A DNA stretch of 64,000 bases from Candidatus Hydrogenedentota bacterium (GTDB taxonomy: Bacteria > Hydrogenedentota > Hydrogenedentia > Hydrogenedentales > SLHB01): NCBI GenBank assembly GCA_963674865.2, contig CAXXYE010000002.1, forward strand, positions 128,001 through 192,000. Direction: 5' to 3'. Numbering within the stretch: position 1 is the first letter of the stretch; each line of letters starts with the position of its first letter. This document shows positions 9,943-20,238 of this stretch, piece after piece. The notes beneath the pieces are model-generated. The model saw nothing but the letters and a program-made list of their open reading frames with translations, made no database searches and was not told where the DNA came from. Made by a program: the position numbers and the translations under genes.

Positions 9943-12900
9943 TCAGGGAATCAATACGATCTTCACCGTGTCTGCTACGCTTTCCAAGACGCCATCGCTC
10001 ACTATTAGCTGGAAGAATAGCGTGCACGGACGGTCCGTAACGATGGTAGGACTGACAGCGTAAGGGTCCGAGATAGTAATTTGCTGGCACGTTCCAGCCG
10101 ATTTGAGGCTCCAAAAATACATCAGCGCATCGCCGTCCGGGTCGTAACTTCCACTGCCGTCCAATTGGATCGTGTCGCCAACACGGAGCCGTTGGTCGGG
10201 TCCGGCGCTCGCTACGGGACGACTATTGACCGTGCTAATCTCGACCGTGTCAGGCGCGCTGTCCAGCATGCCGTCGCTCACGACTAACCCCACGACGTAT
10301 TCCCCGGGAAGGTCGATCGTAAACTGTGGTTGGACCGCCGCCGAATCGTCCAGAACGGCCGTGCTTCCCGCTGGTCTGGACACGAATGCCCACAAATACG
10401 CCAGGGGGTCTCCGTCCGCATCGTAGCTGCCGCTGCCGTCCAGAGTAACCGTTTCGCCGATGTCTTCCGTCTGGTCAGGCCCGGCGTCAGCGACAGGCCG
10501 GCTGTTGATAGTGCTGATCTCTACGGTGTCCGGGGCACTGTCCACCGTGCCATCATTTACGATGAGTTGTGCGATGTATTCACCGGGTAAATCGATCGTA
10601 AAACTTGGGGTTACCGCCGTGGGGTCGTCAAGCATTGCCGTGCTCCCGGCAGGTTTCGACACACAACTCCACGAGAACGCCAGCGAGTCTCCGTCGACAT
10701 CGTAGCTGCCGCTGCCGTCAAAGGTGATCGCCTCGCCCACGAGGGCCGTCTGGTCGGGTCCCGCATCGGCCACGGGCGGGCTGTTAATGGTGCTGATAAT
10801 GACGGTTTCCGGGGTACTGTCTTCTTGACCGTCATTGACGATGAGCTGGCCGATATACGTGCCCGGTAAATCAATAACGAACGTCGGGTTCACCAAGGTG
10901 GGATCGTCAGCCACGGTCGTGCTGCCCGCCGGTTTGGAGATACAGGTCCATGAGTAGGTGATCGAGTCGCCGTCCGGATCGTAACTACCGCTGCCGTCGA
11001 GGGTAACCGTGTCGCCGACCAGTCGGGTCTGGTCGGGTCCGGCGTCGGCCACTGGCGCGCTGTTCGTGGTCGTGACGTGCACGTTGTCCGGCGCACTGCT
11101 TACGGTGCCGTCTTTCACGACCAAGGTAAGGATGTATGTGCCTGGCAAGTCAATGGCGAACGTGGGGTTCACCGCTGCGGCGTCGCTGAGGCTGGCGGTG
11201 CTGCCGGCGGGCTTGGACTCGAAGCTCCAAACGTAGGAGATCGAATCGCCATCCACGTCGTAGCTACCGCTGCCGTCCAGGGTGACGGTGTCGCTCACCA
11301 GCCGGGTCTGGTCGGGCCCCGCGTGGGCAACGGGCGCGCTGTTCACCGTCGAAATAATGACCGTGTCCGGGGCGCTCTTAACGGTACCGTCGTTCACGAT
11401 GAGTTGGCCGATGTACGTACCCGGAACATCAATGACGAACGTCGGGTTCACCAACGTGGGACCGTCTGCCGTCGCGGTGCTTCCCGCCGGTTTCGAGATA
11501 CAACTCCACGAGTAGGTGATCGAGTCGCCGTCTACATCATAGCTGCCACTGCCGTCCAACGTGATCGTCTCGCCCACGAGCGCCGTCTGGTCCGGCCCGG
11601 CGTCGGCCACGGGCGGGCTGTTGCTGGTTGAGATCTCGACGGTATCGGGCGTGCTTGCCACGACGCCGTCGTTCACGATCAACTCGAGGACGTAGAGGCC
11701 CGGAAGATCAATGACAAAGACGGGATGGACCGCAGCTGGATCGTCCAGCGTGGCGGTGCTACCGGTGGGCCTCGACGTGAAGCTCCACGCGTACGTCAGC
11801 AGGTCGCCGTCGGGGTCGTAGCTGCCACTTCCGTCCAGCGTAACCGTGTCACTGACGAGGCGCGTCTGGTCCGGTCCCGCGTCCGCGCTCGGGGCGCTGT
11901 TCTCGGTATTGACGAGCACCGTGTCGGCAACGCTGTCCACGGTACCGTCGTTCACGACCAACTCGAGACAATATGTTCCGGGTACATCTACCGAGAACGT
12001 GGGATTCACGGCCGCAGGGTCGTCCAGTGTCGCCGTGCTCTCTACAAGAGCACTGACCTCGATGGCGGAGATCTTCGGATTCTCGACCTCGTGAAAGAAG
12101 TCGATATCCAGAGAGTTGTCGGTGACAGTCACGTGAAACTCCTCGATGGTGGCGACCCGGAAACCCACGCTTGACAGGAGGTCGTAGTCATCCAACACAA
12201 GCTGCCCCTCGATGGCCACGTCAAAGATTCTGGGGTTTGCGGGCGTGATCCCAGCGAAGATCTCCGCGAAATGGAGCCGGACTGTATAGGTCCCCGGCGA
12301 TACCGGGAAGCTGTACCGCGTGTTCGGGTCGGCCGGGCGATCAAAGCGCTCGGTTTGATACAGGGCCGGGTCGTCCGTGCCGCCGATTCCCGCGGCGACC
12401 GAGTATGTATGACCGGTATTGTAAAAACCGGTGTCGGGCGCCCAGACCTGTCCGTTGGTGTCCGTATACGCCGGCCCGCCCGCGTTGACGCGGTACAGAA
12501 CGTTCTCGCCCTGGGGTATGCAGGTGAAGGACCACAAATACGTGATGGTGTCTCCGTCGACATCGAAACTGCCGCTGGCGTCCAACACGACGTTGCCGCC
12601 GACAGGAGCACTCTGGTCGGGCCCTGCGTTCGCGACGGGCGCACTGTTGGCTGTGTTGACCCGCACGGTGTCGGGCCCGCTGTCTTCAGTCCCGTCGTTG
12701 ACTACAAGTTCAAGGACATATGCGCCTGCCCGATCTACGGTGAAAGACGGAGTAACGGCGGTTGGATCGTCGAGTGCGGCGGTACTGCCTGCGGGCGTCG
12801 AGGTAAAACGCCAGGCGTAGGTCAGCGGTTCGCCGTCTACGTCAAAACTGCCGCCGCCGTCCAACACGACGGTGTCGCCGAGGAGAGGCGTCTGGTCGGG

Positions 12901-15900
12901 GCCGGCATCGGCGACGGGGGCCCGGTTCTGTGTAGTAATTGTCACGGTGATGGGGGTGCTCTCGACAATCCCGTCGCTCACGACGAGCTGCACGACGTAT
13001 TCGCCCGGGACATCGATGCCGAATGAGGGCGTGGGCGCTGTTGAGTCATCGAGCGCCGCTGCGCTTCCTGCCGGAATCGAAACCAGGGTCCACGTGTAGG
13101 TCAACGAGTCATTGTCAACGTCATAGCTTCCCGTGCCGTCAAGATGAACCGTATCAACCAGGAAGGCCGTCTGGTCCGGGCCGGCATCGGCGACGGGGGG
13201 ACTATTGAGCGTGACGATCTCGACCGTATCGGGTGTGCCGTTGACTGTCCCGTCGTTCACGATAAGCTGGGCCACGTATGTACCCGGAAGGTCGATGACG
13301 AACGAAGGGTTCGCAGCGGTCACGTCATCGAGGACTGCCAAGCTGCCCGCAGGTTTCGAGCTGAGGCTCCAGGAGTAGGCCAGAGCATCGCCGTCCACAT
13401 CGATGCTTCCAGTGCCGTCGAGCGTCACCGAGTCTCCGACAAGTGCAGTCTGGTCGACTCCGGCATCAGCGACGGGCGGGCTATTTACCGTACTGATCTC
13501 TACCGTGTCCGGTGCGCTGCCGACAACCCCGTCGTTCACGATAAGTTGGGCCACGTACTCCCCGGCTACATCAATTGTGAACTGCGGCGCCACGGCCGTG
13601 GGATTCTCCAGCGCGGCTGTGCTGCCCGCCGGTTTCGAGACCAAGCTCCACGTGTAGGTCAGTGGGTCGCCGTCGAAGTCGGAACTGCCACTGCCGTCAA
13701 GGGTGATCATTTCGCCGACCACACCGGACTGAGCCGGTCCCGCATCGGCTATGGGCGGGCTGTTTAGCAGGCATATCCGGACGGCGTCCGGAGCGCTGTC
13801 AACCGTACCATCGTTGACGATCAACTGCACGATGTACTCACAGGGGAGGTCAACAACAAACGTGGGGCGGACGGAGCTGGGGTCGCTCAGAGTCGCCGTG
13901 CTTCCGGCCGGTTTCGAGATGATGCTCCAGAAGTAGGTCAAGGGGTCGCCGTCAACGTCAAAACTGCCGCCGCCATCCAGTTGTATTGTCGCGCCTATCG
14001 AACCGGTCTGGTCGGGCCCGGCATCGGCCACCGGCGGGGTGTTGACGGTGTTGACCTCGACGGTAACAGGCGCGCTATCCACCATACCGTCGCTCACGAC
14101 AAGCTGCAGGACGTATTCCCCCGGCAGATCGACTTCGAAGGTGGGATTCACCGCGTTCGGGGCGTCCAGCGTGGCCGTACTACCAGCCGGCTTCGAGATA
14201 ATGCTCCACACGTAGGTAAGCGGGTCGCCATCCACGTCAAAACTGCCGCTCCCGTCCAGTGTAACCGTGTCGCCCACAGCAGCGTTTTGGCCAGGCCCCG
14301 CGTCCGCCACGGGATGGGTATTGACGGTGCTGACATCTACCGTGTCGGGCGCACTGTCCAGCGTGCCGTCGTTGACGATGAGTTGCGCGACGTACTCGCC
14401 CGGCACGTCGATCACGAAGGTCGGATTGACCGCCGCCGGGTCACTAAGCGCGGCGGTGCTGCCGGGGGGTATCGAGACCAGGCTCCAAGAGTAGATGAGC
14501 AAGTCGCCGTCGACGTCGGAACTGCCGCTCCCGTCAAGCGTGATAGTCTGCCCGACGGTACCCGCCTGTTCTGGGCCTGCGTCGGCGACCGGGTGCGTGT
14601 TGGCGGTGCTGATGTCCACTGTGTCGGGCGCGCTGTCCAGCGTCCCGTCGTTGACGATAAGCTGCGCGACGTACTCGCCCGGCACGTCGATCACGAAGGT
14701 CGGATTGACTACCGCCGGGTTGCTGAGCACGGCAGCGCTGTCGGGCGGTACCGAGACCAGGCTCCAAGTGTAGGCGAGCGGGTCGCCATCGACGTCGAAG
14801 CTGGCGCCCCCGTCGAGGATGACGGTCTGACCGACCGCCCCTGTCTGCTCGGGGCCGGCATCGGCGACGGGCCGGCTGTTCAGTGTACTGATCTCGACGA
14901 TGTCGGGTTCGCTGTCCAGGACACCGTCGCCGACCACCAGCTCGACCACGTACTCGCCGGACACATCGACAACGAACGACGGGTTGACCGCCGTGGGGTC
15001 GCTTAGAGTGGCGCCGCTACCCGCTGGTGTCGAGACAAGACTCCAGAAGAACGACAACAAATCACCGTCGACATCCGTACTCCCAATACCGTCGAGCACG
15101 ACGGTGTCGCCTACGGCCCGCGTCTGGTCCGGTCCGGCATCGGCCACCGGGCGGCTGTTCTCTGTCGAGATAGTCACGGTGTCCGGCGCGCTATCCACGG
15201 CGCCGTCGTTGACGATTAGGGCCACGACGTAATCCCCGGCCACATCAATGAGAAATGTGGGATTCACGGTCGCCGGGTCATCAAGGGCCACCGTGCTCCC
15301 TGCGGGCGCGGACACGATGCTCCAGCGGAACTCAAGCAGGTCTCCATCCACGTCAAAGCTGCCACTTCCGTCGAGTACGACCGTGTGGCCTACGGCCCGC
15401 GTCTGGTCCGGTCCCGCGTCGGCTACGGGCGGGCTGTTCTCCAGACAGACTCGGACGGTATCCGGCGCGCTGTCGGCCTTGCCGTCATTCACAATCAACT
15501 GGACCACATATTCGCAGATCAGGTCCACCACAAACGATGGGTTCACGGCGGCGGGATCATCCAATACAGCGGCACTGCCATCAGGCTTCGATATGATGCT
15601 CCACCGATAAGTCAGGGCGTCGCCGTCGACATCAGAACTCAGGCTACCGTCCAGGACCACTGCCTCGCCTATCTCAGCCGTCTGGTCCGGCCCGGCATTC
15701 GCCACGGGCGGGCTGTTCACAGTATTGACTTCCACGGTATCGGGGACGCTGTCAACCGTTCCGTCATTCACAACAAGCTGAAGCACATACTCGCCGGCTA
15801 CGTCCAAGAGGAATGAGGGCGCGACGGCGGTCGGATCATCAAGCATGGCGGCGCTACCCGCTGGCTTGGCGGTAAGACTCCATTTGTAAGCCAACGCGTC

Positions 15901-18063
15901 GCCATCGACATCGAAACTGCCCCTGCCGTTCAGGACGATGGCCTGGCCCACCTGTCTGGTCTGGTCGGGCCCGGCGTCGGCTACGGGCGGGCTGTTGATC
16001 GTGCTCACCACGACCGTATCGGGCGCGCTGTCCGCCGAGCCATCGTTGACGATCAGTTGGATGACGTAGGTGCCGGCTACATCCACCGCGAAACTGGGGG
16101 TGAGCGCCCCCGGATCGCCGAGGGTGGCCGCACTACCCGCGGGTCGCGACAGGATGCTCCAAGAATACGCCAAGGGGTCCCCATCCACATCATAGCTTCC
16201 TGCACCGTTCAAGATAGCCGTCCGCCCAACGGCGCGTGTCTGGTTAGGCCCGGCGTCGGCTACCGGCGGACTGTTGGCTGTCGTCACCGCGACCGTATCC
16301 GGAAAGCACTGAAGGACGCCGTCGCTCACGAGCAATTGAAGCACGTACGTGCCGGGCAGGTCAGGCACGAAAGTGGGTCGTATAGCTGTTGTGTTGCTAA
16401 GGGTTGCATTGCTTCCTGCTGGTTTCGCGGCAAGACTCCAGCGATAGCTCAACGCGTCCCCGTTCACGTCATAGCTTCCGCTGCCGTCCAAGGCCACGGT
16501 GTTGCCTACCTGTACGGTTTGGTCCGGGCCCGCGTTGGCGACGGGACGGCTGTTGCCTGAGCTAATGACCACAGTATCGGGCGCGCTGTCCAGTTGTCCG
16601 TCGTTGACGATGAGTTGCAGGAAATAGTCCCCGGAAACGTCGAAGCTGAACGAGGGGTTGATTGCTGTTGGGTCACTTAAGACTGCGGCGCTCCCTGCGG
16701 GTTTCCATGTGAAACTCCAGGCATGGGCGAGCGTGTCCCCGTCCACGTCAGAACTCGCGGCGGCGTCCAGAGTGACAATCTGCCCGGGCGAAGTTGTCTG
16801 ATCACGTCCGGCGTTGGCCACGGGGCGGCTATTAGTCGTCGAGACATAAACCGTGTCGGCCAGGCTGTCCACAATGCCGTCATTGACCACCAACTGCGCA
16901 ACGTAATCGCCCGGCGTGTCGATTACGAAGCTGGGCCTGACGGCGTTGGCATCTGCCAGAATTGCTCCGCTGCCCGTGGGACGCGACTCGAGGCCCCACC
17001 GGTATGTCAGTAAATCCCCGTTCACGTCAAAGCTGCCGCGGCCGTCGAGCATTACAGTGTCGCCGACGGCTCGGGTCTGATCCGGGCCGGCATGGGCGAC
17101 AGGTGGGGTGTTTCCGGTCGTTACAATGACCGTGGCCGGCCGGCTGTCTTCCCTGCCATCATTCACGACGAGTTCCAGGACGTATTCGCCCGGAACATCT
17201 AAGGTGAACATCGGCATCGGTGACCTGGGGTCGTCAAGGGTAGCCGAGCTCCCTTGCGGGCGGGACACAAACCGCCACGAGAATGTCAGCCGATCGCCGT
17301 CGGCGTCCGTACTTCGGTCGCCGAAGAGGGTCACGAGCTCGCCAACGGCGCGCGTCTGGTTCAGGCAAGCATCCGCGACGGGTGCACTGTTGGTGGTGCT
17401 GATGATCACCGTATCCGCGGCGCTGTCCAAGTTCCCGTCGTTGACCACCAGTTCGAGCACATAGGAGCCCCGAGCATCGAGCACAAAGGTCGGGTTTACC
17501 AAGCTCGGATCGCTCAGCACGGCCGCACTGCCTTCTGGTCGGGCCACAAGCCGCCAAGAATAGGCTAGTGGATCCGAATCGACGTCAAAGCTGCCACTGC
17601 CGTCGAGCGCCGTTGTCTCCCCGATAGCGCGCGTCTGATCCGGGCCGGCATCGGCCACGGGGGGGGTATTGGGTGAAGACAGGCAGACGTGGTCTCGCTG
17701 CACGCAAGAGGCCCGCGACCCATCTGAGAAGGTCACGGTCAGGGCAATCGTATAGCACCCCGGCGCCGTATACACATGGCTGACATCCTGGCCCGTGCCG
17801 GTTGCGCCGTCCCCGAAATCCCACAGCCATTCGACGATCCGGATCTGGTTCGGGCTCAGATCGCGGAACTTGGTCACGATCTCGTAAGGCGGGATCGCTG
17901 TCGCGGAGCCGTGGAACTGCACCGTCAGGTCTGGAATCCCCGTCCGCGGGGTCGCCGTGAAAGACACGGTGGCCTGTTGCGGTAAGGGGCATCCGGTTAG
18001 GGCGATCGCCAACAGGGCCAGGAGCACGAGGGTTATACGAGGTGCATTGTGACAAAGTCTCAT
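9943..18063 (-). CDS. Giant surface lipoprotein: N-terminal PKD domain, 26 tandem ~93-aa PKD/Ig-like repeats and one malectin domain
   Basis: Lipobox LAIALTGC; WLWDFGDG PKD motif; 26 counted copies of N.PPVADAGPDQ...LDGSGS.D.DGD.L.Y.W; malectin signature YRVNAGG...LYQTERF...VRLHFAEI...RIFDVAIEG...PKISAIEV. ATG 18063 follows GGAGG. Confidence 0.92.
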   Translation of the reverse strand: MRLCHNAPRITLVLLALLAIALTGCPLPQQATVSFTATPRTGIPDLTVQFHGSATAIPPYEIVTKFRDLSPNQIRIVEWLWDFGDGATGTGQDVSHVYTAPGCYTIALTVTFSDGSRASCVQRDHVCLSSPNTPPVADAGPDQTRAIGETTALDGSGSFDVDSDPLAYSWRLVARPEGSAAVLSDPSLVNPTFVLDARGSYVLELVVNDGNLDSAADTVIISTTNSAPVADACLNQTRAVGELVTLFGDRSTDADGDRLTFSWRFVSRPQGSSATLDDPRSPMPMFTLDVPGEYVLELVVNDGREDSRPATVIVTTGNTPPVAHAGPDQTRAVGDTVMLDGRGSFDVNGDLLTYRWGLESRPTGSGAILADANAVRPSFVIDTPGDYVAQLVVNDGIVDSLADTVYVSTTNSRPVANAGRDQTTSPGQIVTLDAAASSDVDGDTLAHAWSFTWKPAGSAAVLSDPTAINPSFSFDVSGDYFLQLIVNDGQLDSAPDTVVISSGNSRPVANAGPDQTVQVGNTVALDGSGSYDVNGDALSYRWSLAAKPAGSNATLSNTTAIRPTFVPDLPGTYVLQLLVSDGVLQCFPDTVAVTTANSPPVADAGPNQTRAVGRTAILNGAGSYDVDGDPLAYSWSILSRPAGSAATLGDPGALTPSFAVDVAGTYVIQLIVNDGSADSAPDTVVVSTINSPPVADAGPDQTRQVGQAIVLNGRGSFDVDGDALAYKWSLTAKPAGSAAMLDDPTAVAPSFLLDVAGEYVLQLVVNDGTVDSVPDTVEVNTVNSPPVANAGPDQTAEIGEAVVLDGSLSSDVDGDALTYRWSIISKPDGSAAVLDDPAAVNPSFVVDLICEYVVQLIVNDGKADSAPDTVRVCLENSPPVADAGPDQTRAVGHTVVLDGSGSFDVDGDLLEFRWSIVSAPAGSTVALDDPATVNPTFLIDVAGDYVVALIVNDGAVDSAPDTVTISTENSRPVADAGPDQTRAVGDTVVLDGIGSTDVDGDLLSFFWSLVSTPAGSGATLSDPTAVNPSFVVDVSGEYVVELVVGDGVLDSEPDIVEISTLNSRPVADAGPEQTGAVGQTVILDGGASFDVDGDPLAYTWSLVSVPPDSAAVLSNPAVVNPTFVIDVPGEYVAQLIVNDGTLDSAPDTVDISTANTHPVADAGPEQAGTVGQTITLDGSGSSDVDGDLLIYSWSLVSIPPGSTAALSDPAAVNPTFVIDVPGEYVAQLIVNDGTLDSAPDTVDVSTVNTHPVADAGPGQNAAVGDTVTLDGSGSFDVDGDPLTYVWSIISKPAGSTATLDAPNAVNPTFEVDLPGEYVLQLVVSDGMVDSAPVTVEVNTVNTPPVADAGPDQTGSIGATIQLDGGGSFDVDGDPLTYFWSIISKPAGSTATLSDPSSVRPTFVVDLPCEYIVQLIVNDGTVDSAPDAVRICLLNSPPIADAGPAQSGVVGEMITLDGSGSSDFDGDPLTYTWSLVSKPAGSTAALENPTAVAPQFTIDVAGEYVAQLIVNDGVVGSAPDTVEISTVNSPPVADAGVDQTALVGDSVTLDGTGSIDVDGDALAYSWSLSSKPAGSLAVLDDVTAANPSFVIDLPGTYVAQLIVNDGTVNGTPDTVEIVTLNSPPVADAGPDQTAFLVDTVHLDGTGSYDVDNDSLTYTWTLVSIPAGSAAALDDSTAPTPSFGIDVPGEYVVQLVVSDGIVESTPITVTITTQNRAPVADAGPDQTPLLGDTVVLDGGGSFDVDGEPLTYAWRFTSTPAGSTAALDDPTAVTPSFTVDRAGAYVLELVVNDGTEDSGPDTVRVNTANSAPVANAGPDQSAPVGGNVVLDASGSFDVDGDTITYLWSFTCIPQGENVLYRVNAGGPAYTDTNGQVWAPDTGFYNTGHTYSVAAGIGGTDDPALYQTERFDRPADPNTRYSFPVSPGTYTVRLHFAEIFAGITPANPRIFDVAIEGQLVLDDYDLLSSVGFRVATIEEFHVTVTDNSLDIDFFHEVENPKISAIEVSALVESTATLDDPAAVNPTFSVDVPGTYCLELVVNDGTVDSVADTVLVNTENSAPSADAGPDQTRLVSDTVTLDGSGSYDPDGDLLTYAWSFTSRPTGSTATLDDPAAVHPVFVIDLPGLYVLELIVNDGVVASTPDTVEISTSNSPPVADAGPDQTALVGETITLDGSGSYDVDGDSITYSWSCISKPAGSTATADGPTLVNPTFVIDVPGTYIGQLIVNDGTVKSAPDTVIISTVNSAPVAHAGPDQTRLVSDTVTLDGSGSYDVDGDSISYVWSFESKPAGSTASLSDAAAVNPTFAIDLPGTYILTLVVKDGTVSSAPDNVHVTTTNSAPVADAGPDQTRLVGDTVTLDGSGSYDPDGDSITYSWTCISKPAGSTTVADDPTLVNPTFVIDLPGTYIGQLIVNDGQEDSTPETVIISTINSPPVADAGPDQTALVGEAITFDGSGSYDVDGDSLAFSWSCVSKPAGSTAMLDDPTAVTPSFTIDLPGEYIAQLIVNDGTVDSAPDTVEISTINSRPVADAGPDQTEDIGETVTLDGSGSYDADGDPLAYLWAFVSRPAGSTAVLDDSAAVQPQFTIDLPGEYVVGLVVSDGMLDSAPDTVEISTVNSRPVASAGPDQRLRVGDTIQLDGSGSYDPDGDALMYFWSLKSAGTCQQITISDPYAVSPTIVTDRPCTLFFQLIVSDGVLESVADTVKIVLIP

Positions 18064-18373
18064 CGCGAAGGGCCTCCAATCTAGAAACCAGCCTTTCAGC
18101 GCCCGTGGTCCGGCGGGGTTAGCGAACAACCAGGGGACTTCGGGCTGAGATTCCATGACTTATCGTATATCATACTCCGTAGATTAGGGACTTGGCCATT
18201 GCTCAGTTGTCGCCCTACGGTCCTAGCGGCTGCAGGTGGTTTCCAACAGGCGTGGTGAAGCAGGACGCGCCTGTTCCTTGAGATTCCTGGCTGTGGCCCC
18301 TACAATCAGTGAAAGCCCATTCTGGATGGGCGGGGCGGTACATGTGGCAGATGTCGCATCATGGGAAACAATT

Positions 18374-19099
18374 ATGGCGGACTCATCTGTTGTTAGTATT
18401 GTTGCACTCTGTTTGTCCATAGACCAACTGGCAGCTGACGTCTATTCCCACCTTGCGGAAAGCGCAACCGGGCAGCGCTTAGTCAACCTCTGGCAGGAAA
18501 TGGCGCAGGACGAGACTGTCCACATCGCCTACTGGCGCAAGTTGCTTGAACGCAACAAGGATAAACCGTTGCCGCCTGTCTTCGAGGAGCCCGATTCGGT
18601 CATGCGCGAATTGGAGCATACCGCCAAGATCATTCTGAACCTAAAGACAAAGAGCCAATCAACGCATGATATACATGCTGCTTTTATCTTGGCCTATCGC
18701 TTGGAGTTCTACCTTCTTCACCCTGCTTTCGAATCGCTGTTTCACCAACTTAGGCAGGAAGTGGGGGGCGAGTCGCCCGAGGATGATTACGCGGAGCACA
18801 TAGGCCGGCTTGTGGATGCGGCAAGAGAGCTTGACGCCGTGACTCCTGAATCGGAGTTGCTTACAGAATGCATGAGTCACCTCTGGCAACGAAATCGACA
18901 GTTGGCGAAAGAACTTTCCAACGTGGGAACACTTAGGAGCCTGATACCAATCTGTGCTTCGTGTAAGAAGGTGCGCGACGACAAAGGGTATTGGGAACAA
19001 GTCGAATCCTACGTGACCCATCGAACGGGAGTTAGTTTTTCGCATAGTGTTTGTCCCGAATGTATGGCGAAGCTATATGGGTTTCCCAAGAAAAGCTAG
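18374..19099 (+). CDS. Ferritin/rubrerythrin-like domain protein with C-terminal Cys4 domain
   Basis: WQEMAQDETVHIAYW (DExxH); C-terminus LIPICASCKKVRDDKGYWEQVESY...FSHSVCPEC. Start uncertain (ORF open from 18236). Confidence 0.7.
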   Translation: MADSSVVSIVALCLSIDQLAADVYSHLAESATGQRLVNLWQEMAQDETVHIAYWRKLLERNKDKPLPPVFEEPDSVMRELEHTAKIILNLKTKSQSTHDIHAAFILAYRLEFYLLHPAFESLFHQLRQEVGGESPEDDYAEHIGRLVDAARELDAVTPESELLTECMSHLWQRNRQLAKELSNVGTLRSLIPICASCKKVRDDKGYWEQVESYVTHRTGVSFSHSVCPECMAKLYGFPKKS

Positions 19100-19243
19100 G
19101 TCGCCCCTCCCGCAGGCGTGTTTGTCACGCCCTTGTGCGAAGCGGGCCACGCGCCGGACAGGCTCCGATTGCCTGTCACAGGTCCTCAGCGAGGCAGGGT
19201 CTAGTGTGCCTACGACCTCGGGGAGAAAAAAGGTGCCTTGCCG

Positions 19244-20227
19244 ATGAGAGAATTCCCTAATGACGCATACCGATTCGCGCTTGAAAACACGGTCGACGCC
19301 GTTGCCATAACAGATATGAATAGTATCATCCAGTATGTGAACCCGGCATTTACCGCGACAACGGGTTTTCTGGCGGACGAGGCGCTTGGCAGAAAACCGG
19401 CCATACTGCGTTCGCAACATACGACGTTCGACACGTACAAGCGCATGTGGTCTGTGATCTTGAGCGGGGGCTGGTGGCGCGGCGAAATCGTCAACGTCAA
19501 GAAATCTGGGGAGGAGTGGTATTCCTACCTCTCGATATCTCAGATTCGGGATAGCGATGGAGTTCCTTTTGCCTATGTCGGGATTTCCAGAGATATCACT
19601 GAAATGAAGCAGTTTCAGTTCCGTCTAAAGGAAGCCAGCCTCGAAGCTATATTCATGTTATCTTTGGCCGCGGAGGCCAAAGATGAGATAACGGGAAGCC
19701 ACATTCAGCGCGTCCAGCACTATTCCAAAGAACTCGCCCTTCGGCTTGGCCTGTCCCAGATAGAGGCGGAGGAGATAGGGTACTCAAGCATGATGCATGA
19801 TGTTGGAAAACTGCATGTCCCTGACGCGATTCTCAAGAAATGCGGCCCTTTGTCAGATGAGGAGTGGAGGACGATGCGTGAGCACCCTCCTCAAGGCGTG
19901 GAGATTCTCCGTGAAAAGCCTTTTTACAGAACCGCCAGGGAGATCGCCGGCAACCACCATGAGAAATGGGACGGAACCGGCTATCCCGAGGCGAAGAAGG
20001 GGGAAGATATCCCACTTGCTGCTCGTATAGTCACCGTCGCGGATGTTTTCGATGCACTAACAACGAAGCGCCCCTATAAACCAGCATGGTCGGAGGAAGA
20101 GGCCGTACAAGAACTGGTCGCCAATAAGGCCAGAGCCTATGATCCTAAGGTGGTTGACGCATTTGTCGCACTGCGAAGAGATGGCGTTGTCGCCGACATC
20201 CGGCGGCGGTTTCCCTCATCGCAGTAG
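19244..20227 (+). CDS. PAS domain plus HD-GYP c-di-GMP phosphodiesterase
   Basis: PAS (VAITD...YVNPAFT..TGF...W.GEI.N.KKSG); MHDVGK, HHEKWDGTGYP, VADVFDALT..RPYK. Confidence 0.95.
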   Translation: MREFPNDAYRFALENTVDAVAITDMNSIIQYVNPAFTATTGFLADEALGRKPAILRSQHTTFDTYKRMWSVILSGGWWRGEIVNVKKSGEEWYSYLSISQIRDSDGVPFAYVGISRDITEMKQFQFRLKEASLEAIFMLSLAAEAKDEITGSHIQRVQHYSKELALRLGLSQIEAEEIGYSSMMHDVGKLHVPDAILKKCGPLSDEEWRTMREHPPQGVEILREKPFYRTAREIAGNHHEKWDGTGYPEAKKGEDIPLAARIVTVADVFDALTTKRPYKPAWSEEEAVQELVANKARAYDPKVVDAFVALRRDGVVADIRRRFPSSQ

Positions 20228-20238
20228 ACTATTACATA

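Noticed and set aside
9943..17700. CRISPR-like or non-coding repeat array
   Set aside because: The 279-bp periodicity is in-frame coding repetition of PKD-like domains; there are no spacers or cas genes.
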